From the IMG/VR virus record IMGVR_UViG_3300004774_000007, positions 1 to 41,458 of that record: a stretch of DNA of 41,458 nt, one strand, 5' to 3'. A program made the translations under genes and the position numbers. Origin of the DNA: a virus. Its lineage: Duplodnaviria; Caudoviricetes. A model generated the notes under the pieces. The model was not told where the DNA came from. It did not search any database and was given only the letters and a program-made list of their open reading frames with translations. Positions within the stretch are counted from its first letter, which is position 1. Each line of letters begins with the position of its first letter. Positions 19,216 through 28,313 of this stretch are shown in pieces.

Positions 19216-21387
19216 TTAATCCATTTCAACTGCTTTTAATTTTCCTGCTTTAGCCGCCATTGCTGTAAATTGGTCATCTATAGCAATATCTTTTGTTTGA
19301 GCAGTAATCAAACCTGTCTTGGCTTGAGTTTCGCCAATTTTTGCATTGTTTAAATCAACTTTAGATTTAAGTTCTTGCTGTTCAGGGCTAGGAGGTTGCT
19401 GAGATTTAGCTTGGGCAATCTTTGCAGCTTCTTCAATTGTCGGCAGATAAGCGTCTACGTCCTTAACACCCAAAACCCGCAAAGTATCCTCAAACGGACG
19501 ACGAACCTTAATAAACAACTCAGGAACGCTTGGGTCAAGCTGGGCAACTGCTTGGGCAAATGCTTGTTGAGCTTGAATAATCATTTGTTGACGAGTCAAA
19601 CGGTTTTCGTCAGACATAAAGCCCAAGGCCAAGTCAATGTTAATCAGCTTACGGTCAATAAACTCAAAGTTATCCACAGACTTAGCGTCCATGAAAGGCT
19701 GTCCGTTCAAACAGGTATTAGCCAGTTGCTGGATGTTGTAGTCATCAGCGTATTGAACCAAAGTTCTCCACATAATGTAGATCACATCACGCAATCCAAT
19801 AGCGCAATTCTTGACCATCTCATCTTGGATTAACTGGTTTGGCCCCATAGCCAATTGAAGCTTGTAACCGCTGTTACCGTCTTTCATCACCTCTGGATTG
19901 AGAACGTCACTAGGACTAGTCATCCCAATCATTGCCATCTTGTCGCCCTCAAACCTCTCCATAGAGGATTGGACGTAGGCTAGGTTACCCTGCATGGGTT
20001 GGAACTCAAAGATGTGCTTATTAGGATCAAACTTGCGATCCAAGATAAACATGGCGCTAACACCACGCTGGATTTCTTCGGCATCCAAGAACTCTGGGTT
20101 TACACCAATCCGTGGGGTAGACGCTTGCATAGCAAATGCCATTTCTGCCCTGCGGATCGCAGTAGCGTATTCCTGCAAAGGAACCAAACGCTCACCCAAA
20201 GAGTATCCAAAGAAGTTGCCCACAATAGGCTTTGGACACATATTAGCCAAAGGAATAAACTCGACTTCCTTGACGTACAGGATGTAAGAACCTGAGAAAC
20301 AAGCTTCCACGATTTCCTCTTCACCGTCACCATCAATGTCCTTACGAATCCAAGCGGTAGTCAGCATAATGACTCGGCTGTACCGGTCAGCGCCTTGAGA
20401 GGCAATAACGCCCTGTCCTGGCACTGGAGTGGAGTCACGCGCATGAAGGGCTAGATCGTTCTCCAAAGCACCAGCTTGGTAGGCTCCGGCAGGGCCGTAA
20501 GCGGCATGGTCAGCCAGTAACTCTAAGTCTACAAAAGGAAACTGAGCTTTACATTCGTGTATCGTCATTGGATCGTAGAAACCAACGAAGTCCTGATCCG
20601 AGATGGTAGAAATAGTAGGATTGCAAACAAAATAATGTTGTGCAACGTGCTTAATACGGATATTGGTTGAATAGCCGGTCAACTTATATTTAGCTCTGTA
20701 TATAGTGTTGTTGCGGATGGATTCTGCAATCTCATCTTGCGAAGATTCTTGTTGAGGCTCTTGCTCGTCAGGCTGCATCTGCTCCTGCATAACTCCTTGA
20801 AGATCAACGTCTATCTTACGCATACTCTGACGTTTGGCAGTCAGTCCTTTTTCACCGGCAAGAGTTTCAAAGGTGCGTAATTGATCGCGGGTTCCTTCAA
20901 CTTCCTTGTACTGCGTAATGGGTTCGCGTACAGGGGAAATCATCACAATGCCGTTCTTATGCAGCAAAGCATCTTGCGCCCAATCACGAATGATCTGGTA
21001 AGAATCATTCTTGCTGTTAAGCATATATTTGACCATCTCGGTGGCTTGTCGAGCTTGGTCGCTGTCGGATTCAGCAAACCGTTCAAACTCAAAGTTAACC
21101 TTGCCGTTGGGCATCAAGCACTTGGTAATAATCGCAGTGGCATAGTCAATGCCAGGAGTTACTACAGGGTGAATGTAATCAATACCACGAACCGGCTCAG
21201 TAGAGTTTGATACCGGAATATTAAGATAGTGGTAGTCACTAAAACGATTAAACGTATTTTTAGATTGTGTTAGTCGAAGGTAATCGACCATCTTGACGTA
21301 GACTTCATGGACGGTTTGCTCCGTAATTCCACGATTTCCCGTTGGGCTTTCTAGGCTTTCAACAACCAGATTCTGTTTATCTAGCAT
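19216..21387 (-). CDS. Portal protein (SU10/P22-like, 723 aa)
   Basis: A.QATE.V.Y..., DW.QDALL.KNGI and FFGYSL motifs; C-terminal Gln-rich barrel; follows TerL. Confidence 0.9.
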   Translation of the reverse strand: MLDKQNLVVESLESPTGNRGITEQTVHEVYVKMVDYLRLTQSKNTFNRFSDYHYLNIPVSNSTEPVRGIDYIHPVVTPGIDYATAIITKCLMPNGKVNFEFERFAESDSDQARQATEMVKYMLNSKNDSYQIIRDWAQDALLHKNGIVMISPVREPITQYKEVEGTRDQLRTFETLAGEKGLTAKRQSMRKIDVDLQGVMQEQMQPDEQEPQQESSQDEIAESIRNNTIYRAKYKLTGYSTNIRIKHVAQHYFVCNPTISTISDQDFVGFYDPMTIHECKAQFPFVDLELLADHAAYGPAGAYQAGALENDLALHARDSTPVPGQGVIASQGADRYSRVIMLTTAWIRKDIDGDGEEEIVEACFSGSYILYVKEVEFIPLANMCPKPIVGNFFGYSLGERLVPLQEYATAIRRAEMAFAMQASTPRIGVNPEFLDAEEIQRGVSAMFILDRKFDPNKHIFEFQPMQGNLAYVQSSMERFEGDKMAMIGMTSPSDVLNPEVMKDGNSGYKLQLAMGPNQLIQDEMVKNCAIGLRDVIYIMWRTLVQYADDYNIQQLANTCLNGQPFMDAKSVDNFEFIDRKLINIDLALGFMSDENRLTRQQMIIQAQQAFAQAVAQLDPSVPELFIKVRRPFEDTLRVLGVKDVDAYLPTIEEAAKIAQAKSQQPPSPEQQELKSKVDLNNAKIGETQAKTGLITAQTKDIAIDDQFTAMAAKAGKLKAVEMD

Positions 21388-21397
21388 TTTAAATCCT

Positions 21398-22990
21398 TCA
21401 TATACGTTGCGCCTTGCCTTCTAACGGGGTTAATCTACGGAAAGTAAAGTTATTTGACCGGCTTACCACAGATTCCCCATGACCTTGAATTAGCGCGAGT
21501 ATACCAATACGGGCAGAATCTATATGATCGTCAGGATCGGTGAACTTTCCGTGTTCGTCAATGGCGTAATTTCTCGCCTCATCTAGGAATTGTACGCAAG
21601 ATTCGTTTATCAGGAAAGTCCCACGTTCCATACCCATCCGCATTATATTAATCCCGTAGGATTTGTGGTTGGTAACTTTACCTTGGTCGTTTGGTGGGTT
21701 AAGTATCGCGCCTGGAATACAGTTTAGACTGTAGCTGTCCTCAAAAACCTCACGAACAGATTGTTCTGTCAAAGTGTATCTACCCGCCAAAGTTGCATCA
21801 TGGGGTAAAGCAATAGGCACGTTTCGGGATTCACGATCCAGTAAATAGTGGACGTACTCATCTGGAGTTTCACCTTTATCAACTGTAATTTGTCGATGAA
21901 GATAGATTTTCTCTTCGACAGGATCGCGGAAGAAAAATGAAATAACTGTTGGATCATTTTTAATTCCTAAGTCAAAAGAAATTAATCTTTCCAATTTATC
22001 GTTTTCTCGTAAGTCAATGTCAGTAGCCTTATAAGTAGGCCACTTCAACAATGGGAATACTACACCTTTTCCAACCAAAGGTATACCGTTCATACGGCAT
22101 TCTCGCTCCCAAGGCATAAAGTCTCGAGCCAATTGCTCCCGTTCTTTCTTGGAAAAGAATACCTCACCCCATTCGTTCTCATAGGGAATATCGTCCCAGG
22201 TTACCCGTACATGGCAGTATCCTTCAACGTTATCCCAGAACTTCCTGACTAATCCTGAGAGTCCTTTGAGTGGGGTAAATGAACAAATAACCTGTCCGTC
22301 TCTAGCCGCTGTACGGACAACAAGCTCTGAGAATGTTTCATCTGGTGGCTGCTCGTCCAGCACAACGAGGTCAAGTTCAAACCCTTGGAGGTGTCGGACT
22401 TGCTGTGTGTAGTTGGAGAAATAGAGTTTGGATTTTCCACCGGAGACGTGCCAGACTTCAATAGCCAACACGTTTGCTCCGTCCGTGCGTATGGATTTTT
22501 CATCTATTTTATCCCTCGGAATTGAACCAGAACCCAGCTTATAAGCCTGCTTAATATCGTCGCATCCAAGTAATTTGGACTGTAGTGTTTTTGCAACCTG
22601 CTCCCAGGATTCACCCGCTGCCATAGCAATAATGGGTTTATCCCAACGCTTACCCTTCCAATCATCAGGATAGATACCCGTCAAGTGATAGGCAGTCTCG
22701 TAGGTAGAAGCAATTGTTTTACCAGCCCTGTTTGCTGCGATCATTCCCCTGCGGGTATGCGTTGCACCGGTATCAAAAAACTTCTTTTGGTAATCAAAAG
22801 GTTTGAACCATTTGATGGCGTTGAACTGCATATCGTATGCAATTTTTTCAGAAGCAACCTTCATTGCCCGAAGTTGGTCAGCATCAAGATGCTTTAAATA
22901 CTTCTTGCCACCAGCAAGTTCAACAAGATACTTTAACGAACGGTTTTTGTATACCGGAAGAATGTAATCACTAGCTTCACTTCTTGCCAT
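21398..22990 (-). CDS. terL: Terminase large subunit (P22 gp2-like, headful type)
   Basis: Walker A MIAANRAGKT, Walker B VVLDEQP, motif III SFTPLKG, nuclease FDLG...DPT and DDHIDSARI. Confidence 0.95.
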   Translation of the reverse strand: MARSEASDYILPVYKNRSLKYLVELAGGKKYLKHLDADQLRAMKVASEKIAYDMQFNAIKWFKPFDYQKKFFDTGATHTRRGMIAANRAGKTIASTYETAYHLTGIYPDDWKGKRWDKPIIAMAAGESWEQVAKTLQSKLLGCDDIKQAYKLGSGSIPRDKIDEKSIRTDGANVLAIEVWHVSGGKSKLYFSNYTQQVRHLQGFELDLVVLDEQPPDETFSELVVRTAARDGQVICSFTPLKGLSGLVRKFWDNVEGYCHVRVTWDDIPYENEWGEVFFSKKEREQLARDFMPWERECRMNGIPLVGKGVVFPLLKWPTYKATDIDLRENDKLERLISFDLGIKNDPTVISFFFRDPVEEKIYLHRQITVDKGETPDEYVHYLLDRESRNVPIALPHDATLAGRYTLTEQSVREVFEDSYSLNCIPGAILNPPNDQGKVTNHKSYGINIMRMGMERGTFLINESCVQFLDEARNYAIDEHGKFTDPDDHIDSARIGILALIQGHGESVVSRSNNFTFRRLTPLEGKAQRI

Positions 22991-23174
22991 ATTGATCTCG
23001 TATGTCTAAGAAGATTTGAGCAGCCCTTGCAAAATAATAGACCTCTTCGGCAGAAAGTTTACGCAGAGTCTGAAGGTCTTTTTGAAGTATTTCCAAACTC
23101 TTTCTCGCGCACACTTCTGCCTGGGTAGACAGTCTGTCATTGAAGACCGAATGGATGTCTTCCATTAGGCCCAC
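22977..23174 (-). CDS. Hypothetical protein (likely start 23165)
   Basis: Coupled to both neighbours. Confidence 0.6.
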   Translation of the reverse strand: MGLMEDIHSVFNDRLSTQAEVCARKSLEILQKDLQTLRKLSAEEVYYFARAAQIFLDIRDQYGKK

Positions 23175-23806
23175 GGATCAGCAATATTCTTCTGAGAAAT
23201 ACTGACAATATCCCGATCAATTAGATTCCAAACGCCGCCGCCTTTTTCGCCAATCAGGTAGGTATACAGACCCCGACCTTTTTCGGTGAAAGTGCCATCA
23301 GGACGTTTCATCATTAGTTCTTCAGTACGAGGATCAATCCAGCTAATGCGCTCTGGTGTTGGCTGTCCGTATTTATTGATGCGAGTGCCAATAGCAACTT
23401 GCTCTAATGGGCCCATTACTTGATAGGTAATAGCACCATTTTCAAACTTGCGGAAATTGATCTGAACCTTCTTGTCCGATTGTGGATCAAGAGGATGAGG
23501 CATATTAGTTGCCCCAAAGAAATGCACCTGTGAATCAGGAGGTGGCAAGTCTTTATTGCGCTCTGGCAATTTACGAATATCGTCAACAGGAACTAATTCC
23601 TTTTTGTCAACATAAGGATTCTCGTCAGTCACAAACTCTGTAGGAACCTTCTTTCCTTCCAGAGCATTCTTTGCGACTAAGTATTGATCCTCTTTAGGTT
23701 TACCAATAAGGTCAAGAGAAATCCCAACCTTGTCATAGACAAATTGGGTTAACTCTTTAGCCGTGGGTAAATCCGCTTTCAACGAAGCAATATCATACGA
23801 TGCCAT
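23165..23806 (-). CDS. Hypothetical protein (213 aa)
   Basis: GAAAGG RBS; operonic. Confidence 0.75.
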   Translation of the reverse strand: MASYDIASLKADLPTAKELTQFVYDKVGISLDLIGKPKEDQYLVAKNALEGKKVPTEFVTDENPYVDKKELVPVDDIRKLPERNKDLPPPDSQVHFFGATNMPHPLDPQSDKKVQINFRKFENGAITYQVMGPLEQVAIGTRINKYGQPTPERISWIDPRTEELMMKRPDGTFTEKGRGLYTYLIGEKGGGVWNLIDRDIVSISQKNIADPWA

Positions 23807-23817
23807 ACTATACCTTT

Positions 23818-24039
23818 CTATACTTTTGCTGGGACTGACGGGGTTTTAAACTTACCACCCTTACTAACATTATTTGTTGTTTGGTCAGACAAATGACGAA
23901 CCGTAAAGGCTTCACGAACTGCTGTGGCTACAGAATCACGACGAGAATCATCAGAAGCTCGACCTTTGAGTTTGTCGTTGATGCCTTTAGAGACACCCTT
24001 ACGCATCTGCTCACCACCGGAAATTACTTTGCCGTACAT
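23818..24039 (-). CDS. Small basic hypothetical protein
   Basis: GAGG RBS; operonic. Confidence 0.65.
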   Translation of the reverse strand: MYGKVISGGEQMRKGVSKGINDKLKGRASDDSRRDSVATAVREAFTVRHLSDQTTNNVSKGGKFKTPSVPAKV

Positions 24040-24046
24040 ATAAACC

Positions 24047-24355
24047 TCACTTGAGATAATTGGTTGTCGACTTGCTCATGTAGCCATCATTGTGGCAAGC
24101 ACCATCATAACCCTTGGGCTTCATTAGCATAACAGCTTGCTTGCGACCAGCGGTAGCACCAGAAGAAGTGTTATCAGTAGCACGGGAATGAGCAGGAGCG
24201 CCTTGATTGCCAGCAGGCTGCATCAGACCACCAAGCTTGCCAGTAACGGCAGTAACGCCAGAACTGTGAGAAGCTTCCATTCGACCAATGTTTCCAACAC
24301 GATTAGGCGCTTGAGCCATTAGAGTCGGTGCTTTGTTACCAGATGTGTAGCTCAT
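24047..24355 (-). CDS. Low-complexity hypothetical protein (102 aa)
   Basis: GAAAGG RBS; ATGA overlap with the upstream ORF. Confidence 0.65.
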   Translation of the reverse strand: MSYTSGNKAPTLMAQAPNRVGNIGRMEASHSSGVTAVTGKLGGLMQPAGNQGAPAHSRATDNTSSGATAGRKQAVMLMKPKGYDGACHNDGYMSKSTTNYLK

Positions 24356-24498
24356 TTTGAACCTTTCCGTTTATTTTCTGCGTCACGTTTAATTTGGTAC
24401 GCAATAGCCACCGCCTGGTCTTTAGGCTTTCCAGCCTTAATCTCAGTAGCAATGTTCTTACCTACCGCTTTCTTGGATTTCGATTTAACCAGTGGCAT
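24352..24498 (-). CDS. Small basic phage protein, 48 aa (absent from the ORF track)
   Basis: MPLVKSKSKKAVGKNIATEIKAGKPKDQAVAIAYQIKRDAENKRKGSK; KNI..E...G....QAVAIA pattern is common near terminase genes; GAAAGG RBS. Confidence 0.8.
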   Translation of the reverse strand: MPLVKSKSKKAVGKNIATEIKAGKPKDQAVAIAYQIKRDAENKRKGSK

Positions 24499-24499
24499 T

Positions 24500-24958
24500 T
24501 TATACCTTTCGGAGTGAATTCATAAAATCATCAAGGGCATCGTCTGCACTCATCTCATCTTCTTTATTGATGTTTTGAATGTGTTCAATGGAAATTATAG
24601 GCGCTCTTGAAGACTCAAACGTTGCCAGCTTCTCGGCAATCTTGGATTTCTGCTGGATGTCCAACTCGTCCGACTGCATAGCCTCAATCAAAACCTCCAT
24701 AGCCGTCTTCAGCGGAGGCAGACCTTTAGCCATGTGAGCGTCATTTAATTGGTTAAACAAAGCACCATACTCGGTCACCCTGTTAACAATGGACTTAGGA
24801 CGACCCTTGGGATTAAAACTTTCCCGAGGTTCTACCTTACCCGTAACCAAACCCATAGCCCGTTTCTCTGCCTTCTTCTTGGCGTATTGATCGCGGCTGT
24901 ACTTACGCTTGGCCTCCGAGGAAACCATATCCCCTTCAGGTCTTATTTCGTCAAGCAT
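24500..24958 (-). CDS. Probable terminase small subunit
   Basis: NPKGRPKS motif followed by helices and AEKLA.F...; upstream of TerL. Confidence 0.55.
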   Translation of the reverse strand: MLDEIRPEGDMVSSEAKRKYSRDQYAKKKAEKRAMGLVTGKVEPRESFNPKGRPKSIVNRVTEYGALFNQLNDAHMAKGLPPLKTAMEVLIEAMQSDELDIQQKSKIAEKLATFESSRAPIISIEHIQNINKEDEMSADDALDDFMNSLRKV

Positions 24959-25449
24959 TTAATACCCTCTTCAGTCCGTATCCAGGCATAAGACCCATTT
25001 ACAGTAAATCCACGTTTTTTGTGAATCTTCATAAACACCTCAAACTCAGGCCGGATACTAGTTGAACAAATAATCGGCACACCATTACTATACGCCCACA
25101 AGATATGTTGGTCAATCATCTCGTTGATTAAACGTATTTTAACCCTAGCACTCAGTCCGTGGTCAACATGGTGAAACTTGGCATTGGATATCTCCTCAGT
25201 CGAGTAAGTCGTATACCCATACCGGTCATACCAACAGTACCCAACCATCTTACCCTCATCCCGACAAACCGCAAGAAACTCCTTAGACCGGTCAAATATC
25301 TGTAAGGTAGACACCATAGTCACATTCTTACGAAACAGGTCTTTGCTCTTCTTCAAAACCTCCCCCGTATCCACAAAGTACCCATCTGCCATCTCTACGA
25401 TATCTTCCACATCCTTCAACGGATGCGAAAGAGTCCATACAAGTTCCAT
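24943..25449 (-). CDS. GNAT-fold acetyltransferase-like protein
   Basis: FLAVCRDEGKMVGYCW, FHHVD and ..HKKRGF GNAT-type pattern; GAAAGGA RBS before ATG 25449. Confidence 0.55.
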   Translation of the reverse strand: MELVWTLSHPLKDVEDIVEMADGYFVDTGEVLKKSKDLFRKNVTMVSTLQIFDRSKEFLAVCRDEGKMVGYCWYDRYGYTTYSTEEISNAKFHHVDHGLSARVKIRLINEMIDQHILWAYSNGVPIICSTSIRPEFEVFMKIHKKRGFTVNGSYAWIRTEEGIKCLTK

Positions 25450-25923
25450 GTCTATTCCTTTCAACGTTGAAAAGTTTTTGTAGAAATTTTGGGAACGACT
25501 GAGTGGGCCCCCCTATTTTTACCCAGTTCCAGTCCTACCCCCCTCCGATTCTACACACACAAACCAGGTTGGGGGGGGAATAAACGTATTCGTGGGGGGG
25601 TCTCGAGGTAGGATTGACCAATGATGGGGCCGCATCATTTTGTGATTTTGAGCGAAGCGGAGAGCGAAGCGGAGACATGGCGCAAGCCTACAAGCTTGTG
25701 TGTCTGTCCCTACGTGATTTACTGACTTTCTCCAATGAAACACTGTCCTAGGTGCTAGGGTTTACGCGAGATAATCAACGTATATATCTGCCGATATTGG
25801 CCCAGGATTTGGGTTGTTTTTCTTTTTATGCAACTGTCAGTAATCAGACACTTTTTAAATCACTTTTGATTTTATAAGAAATCAAATCAATATAAGAATT
25901 CCATCTAACGAAAGATGCTAAAC

Positions 25924-25967
25924 CTAGGGTTTTCCCTAGTATAAAAAACGTTGTTTATTCCTAAAAT
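25924..25967 (+). promoter_or_regulatory. Palindromic box CTAGGGTTTTCCCTAG plus -10 (TAAAAT) for the early island
   Basis: Perfect 6-bp-arm palindrome 22 bp before TAAAAT; related boxes at 29936 and 32979. Confidence 0.6.
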
Positions 25968-26007
25968 TCTGCTTGTGCAATGTCGCACACTACCTGGAGA
26001 TTGACTA

Positions 26008-26199
26008 ATGACTACTGAAGAATTAGAGATTGTGATCCGCACTGAAGATGGTGTACGTCTAGCAATAGACCAATGGGATGATGGTGGCGCATGGATCAGT
26101 ATGCAATTGCGTGGTGCTAGTGCCAATGCAGTACTTACGAGATCAGAGGCGCAAAAGGTTTTCAACGCATTGCAAGCAATATTGGAGGCCACACAATGA
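26008..26199 (+). CDS. Early hypothetical protein (63 aa)
   Basis: GGAG RBS; first gene after the promoter. Confidence 0.75.
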   Translation: MTTEELEIVIRTEDGVRLAIDQWDDGGAWISMQLRGASANAVLTRSEAQKVFNALQAILEATQ

Positions 26200-26285
26200 A
26201 AACGTTTATTCGTAACCTTATCCATGCTGCACTGATCGCAGCCACTATCGGTTTCCCTTTTATTATTTATTTTTGGAGAATGTAA
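26196..26285 (+). CDS. 29-aa single-pass membrane peptide (absent from the ORF track)
   Basis: MKTFIRNLIHAALIAATIGFPFIIYFWRM; GGAGG RBS; ATGA and TAATG overlaps at its ends. Confidence 0.65.
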   Translation: MKTFIRNLIHAALIAATIGFPFIIYFWRM

Positions 26286-26488
26286 TGTACTTTGATCGAT
26301 TCGATATCTGCGAAGCTTATTTTTTAGCGTTTTCACATTGCCATGGTGGCCAATGGTCGCGAGAATATGCGCGCCTATGCGCCATGATGCGTTATTTCAA
26401 ACCCTCGCCTTTTTTGTCAGTTGATTCGCTGTCAGACAATGGTCGAGAAATATATGAAAGTGCCTGCACTCGTTTTTTATCTGTTTAA
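26285..26488 (+). CDS. Early phage protein (MYFDRFDICEAY..., 67 aa)
   Basis: GGAGAATGTAATG RBS/start; H.GQWS..Y.RL motif. Confidence 0.75.
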   Translation: MYFDRFDICEAYFLAFSHCHGGQWSREYARLCAMMRYFKPSPFLSVDSLSDNGREIYESACTRFLSV

Positions 26489-26506
26489 TTTATTGGAGAA
26501 TGTAAA

Positions 26507-27160
26507 ATGACAATTCGCATATCTGTGACATCTAAGCTCGACGGCATTCGATCATGGTCGCTGCAAGCGCTGGAAACGTGCCCTGGTTCAATTGAGAGCC
26601 CTGGCGTGCTGGTCGATGCGTGCAAAGGATGCTACGCTACTACTGGTAATTACAATTACCCGAACGTAAAAGCACCACGGGCGGAAAACAAACAAGATTG
26701 GCAGCGCGTGGAATGGTGCGATGATATGGTCGCTGCATTGGAAAACGACCGTTATTTTCGTTGGTTGGACAGTGGCGACCTTTATTCTTTGGCACTAGCG
26801 GAAAAAGTGCTCGAAGTAATGCAGCGCACACCATGGTGCAAGCACTGGTTGCCGACCAGGATGCATAAATTTCCGAAATTTCGCATGGTGTTTGATCAAA
26901 TGCGCCAATTGGACAATGTATCGGTTCGTTTTTCCGCCGATTCTATCGATGGATCATTTACACCAGGGTTGCACGGTTCGACCATTGGGCCGGATGCTGC
27001 AACATTCCAGGCATTCCCTGGCGCATCATTGTGCCAAGCATACGAACATGAGGGCAAATGCAGTGGATGCCGTAACTGTTGGGATCGGGAAATTGATCTA
27101 ATATGTTATCCGGCACATGGTCGCAAAATGCTAAAAGTCATTAGCATTCGCAGCGCCTAA
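26507..27160 (+). CDS. GP88-like (mycobacteriophage gene-88 family) Cys-rich, radical-SAM-like protein
   Basis: SKL...SWSL.A..TCPG..., CKGCYA, YFRWLDSGD, HWLPTR, VRFS and C-terminal C-x8-CxxCxxCW. Confidence 0.75.
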   Translation: MTIRISVTSKLDGIRSWSLQALETCPGSIESPGVLVDACKGCYATTGNYNYPNVKAPRAENKQDWQRVEWCDDMVAALENDRYFRWLDSGDLYSLALAEKVLEVMQRTPWCKHWLPTRMHKFPKFRMVFDQMRQLDNVSVRFSADSIDGSFTPGLHGSTIGPDAATFQAFPGASLCQAYEHEGKCSGCRNCWDREIDLICYPAHGRKMLKVISIRSA

Positions 27161-27181
27161 AGCTTAAAGCTTCAAAGTAAC

Positions 27182-27205
27182 AACCCTCTAGCGTGAGGGT
27201 TTTTT
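27182..27205 (+). terminator. Rho-independent terminator of the early island
   Basis: AACCCTC-TAGCGT-GAGGGTT followed by a T-run. Confidence 0.8.
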
Positions 27206-27211
27206 CGTTTG

Positions 27212-27276
27212 TGCGCCTGGTTTCCAGTGCGCCGGTGGATCAGTGCGCCTATTTTGCGCCGGTGTATCAGTGCGCC
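27212..27276. repeat. Five TGCGCC direct repeats (27212, 27228, 27244, 27255, 27271)
   Basis: Spacing 16, 16, 11, 16; TGCGCCGGTGNATCAGTGCGCC occurs twice. Confidence 0.8.
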
Positions 27277-27597
27277 GATTATGGGGGATTATGGGCAAAG
27301 CATAAAACGCCGTTTTTAACGTTTTTTAGGGTTTGGCTAGATACCTATTGCCAAGCATATAAAAACTCTAAAAACGTAGTTTTAATCGATCCTAGAGGGT
27401 TTCACAATGGCATTGCAGCGAATATTGCACCGATTCAAAGGGCAAACGGTATACGAATTTTCTAGTCATTTTGCCGATTATTTGTGTTTTTCGTTGTTTT
27501 TCCGACGATTTTCGTCATTCCGACCACATTCTGACCTAAAAATTTACGTTTTCCTGCAAAAAAGCAAGAGCCCCCACCCCCAAAAAATTTGAAGTGC

Positions 27598-27957
27598 TTA
27601 TTTTAGGAAAGTCAATTTATACGTTGTTTGGTCGATCAAAGATGCAATTTCATCACATAGGTTCTGAATCTCGCTGTCTTGCGGAAGCTGCTTCCTTCCT
27701 TCTGCAAAATACTGTCCAAAAACTTGCAGTTCTTCCAATGCTGTGGCTGCTGGGCCATGATATGTGGTTGGGTATTCCAGGATCACCGCATACTTGCCTT
27801 GCATTGACTCCAGCAAGGTGTCTACCAGGTCGCTCAATCGATCATAAAACTCACCCAAGGCAATGTGGTCAGAATACGATTTTGCTTGCCAATGCAGAAT
27901 GTGCGTGTTGGTTACTGTGTGCAGGATGGTCAGAATGAAATCGGCTACAACGTCCAT
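27598..27957 (-). CDS. Ferritin/Dps-like four-helix protein (DUF5856-like)
   Basis: HILHWQ..SY..H.ALGEFY......D...E..QGKY and QNL.DEI..LI.QT.YKL.FLK. Confidence 0.75.
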   Translation of the reverse strand: MDVVADFILTILHTVTNTHILHWQAKSYSDHIALGEFYDRLSDLVDTLLESMQGKYAVILEYPTTYHGPAATALEELQVFGQYFAEGRKQLPQDSEIQNLCDEIASLIDQTTYKLTFLK

Positions 27958-28313
27958 GATATTCCTAAATGTGTTAATACGTTTCTTGCGGCATTCACCT
28001 TCCAGGGGCGAAGGGTTGGGGTTCGGGCTATTTTAATCCACTCCACAATCTGACGCAAATGGGCTTGTTCGAAGGCATTTTGTCTATCATCATGGGATGC
28101 ACTGCCTTGATCTAGCCACTTGTGGCAAGCTGCACACCCCCACACTGTATGGCAGTCAGAGGCTTTTTGCCCCATTCCCTTACCATCAGAGCCTGAGTTA
28201 CTGTGACACGCCACAATTGTCTCGACCCCCCCCTGGCAAAAATTCTCGACCCTTAAAAGGCACTCTTCCCCTTGTGCCAGTTTTAGCAGTGACTTATCCC
28301 TATAAATATTCAT
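27945..28313 (-). CDS. DUF1364/YbcO-like putative zinc-binding nuclease
   Basis: L.KLAQG.EC..R...C......ACHSN....GKGMGQKA.D....GCAACH.W.D. Confidence 0.8.
   Translation of the reverse strand: MNIYRDKSLLKLAQGEECLLRVENFCQGGVETIVACHSNSGSDGKGMGQKASDCHTVWGCAACHKWLDQGSASHDDRQNAFEQAHLRQIVEWIKIARTPTLRPWKVNAARNVLTHLGISWTL

Noticed and set aside
25519-26336. Minus-strand ORFs of 74 and 143 aa
   Set aside because: They overlap structured DNA or better-supported plus-strand genes with RBSs; composition is not protein-like
27212-27276. Mini CRISPR array
   Set aside because: Repeats are 6-9 bp with 5-10 bp gaps; no cas genes
27193-27592. Plus-strand ORFs of 90 and 61 aa
   Set aside because: They start within or after the terminator, lack RBSs and merely translate the DNA repeats and T-tracts
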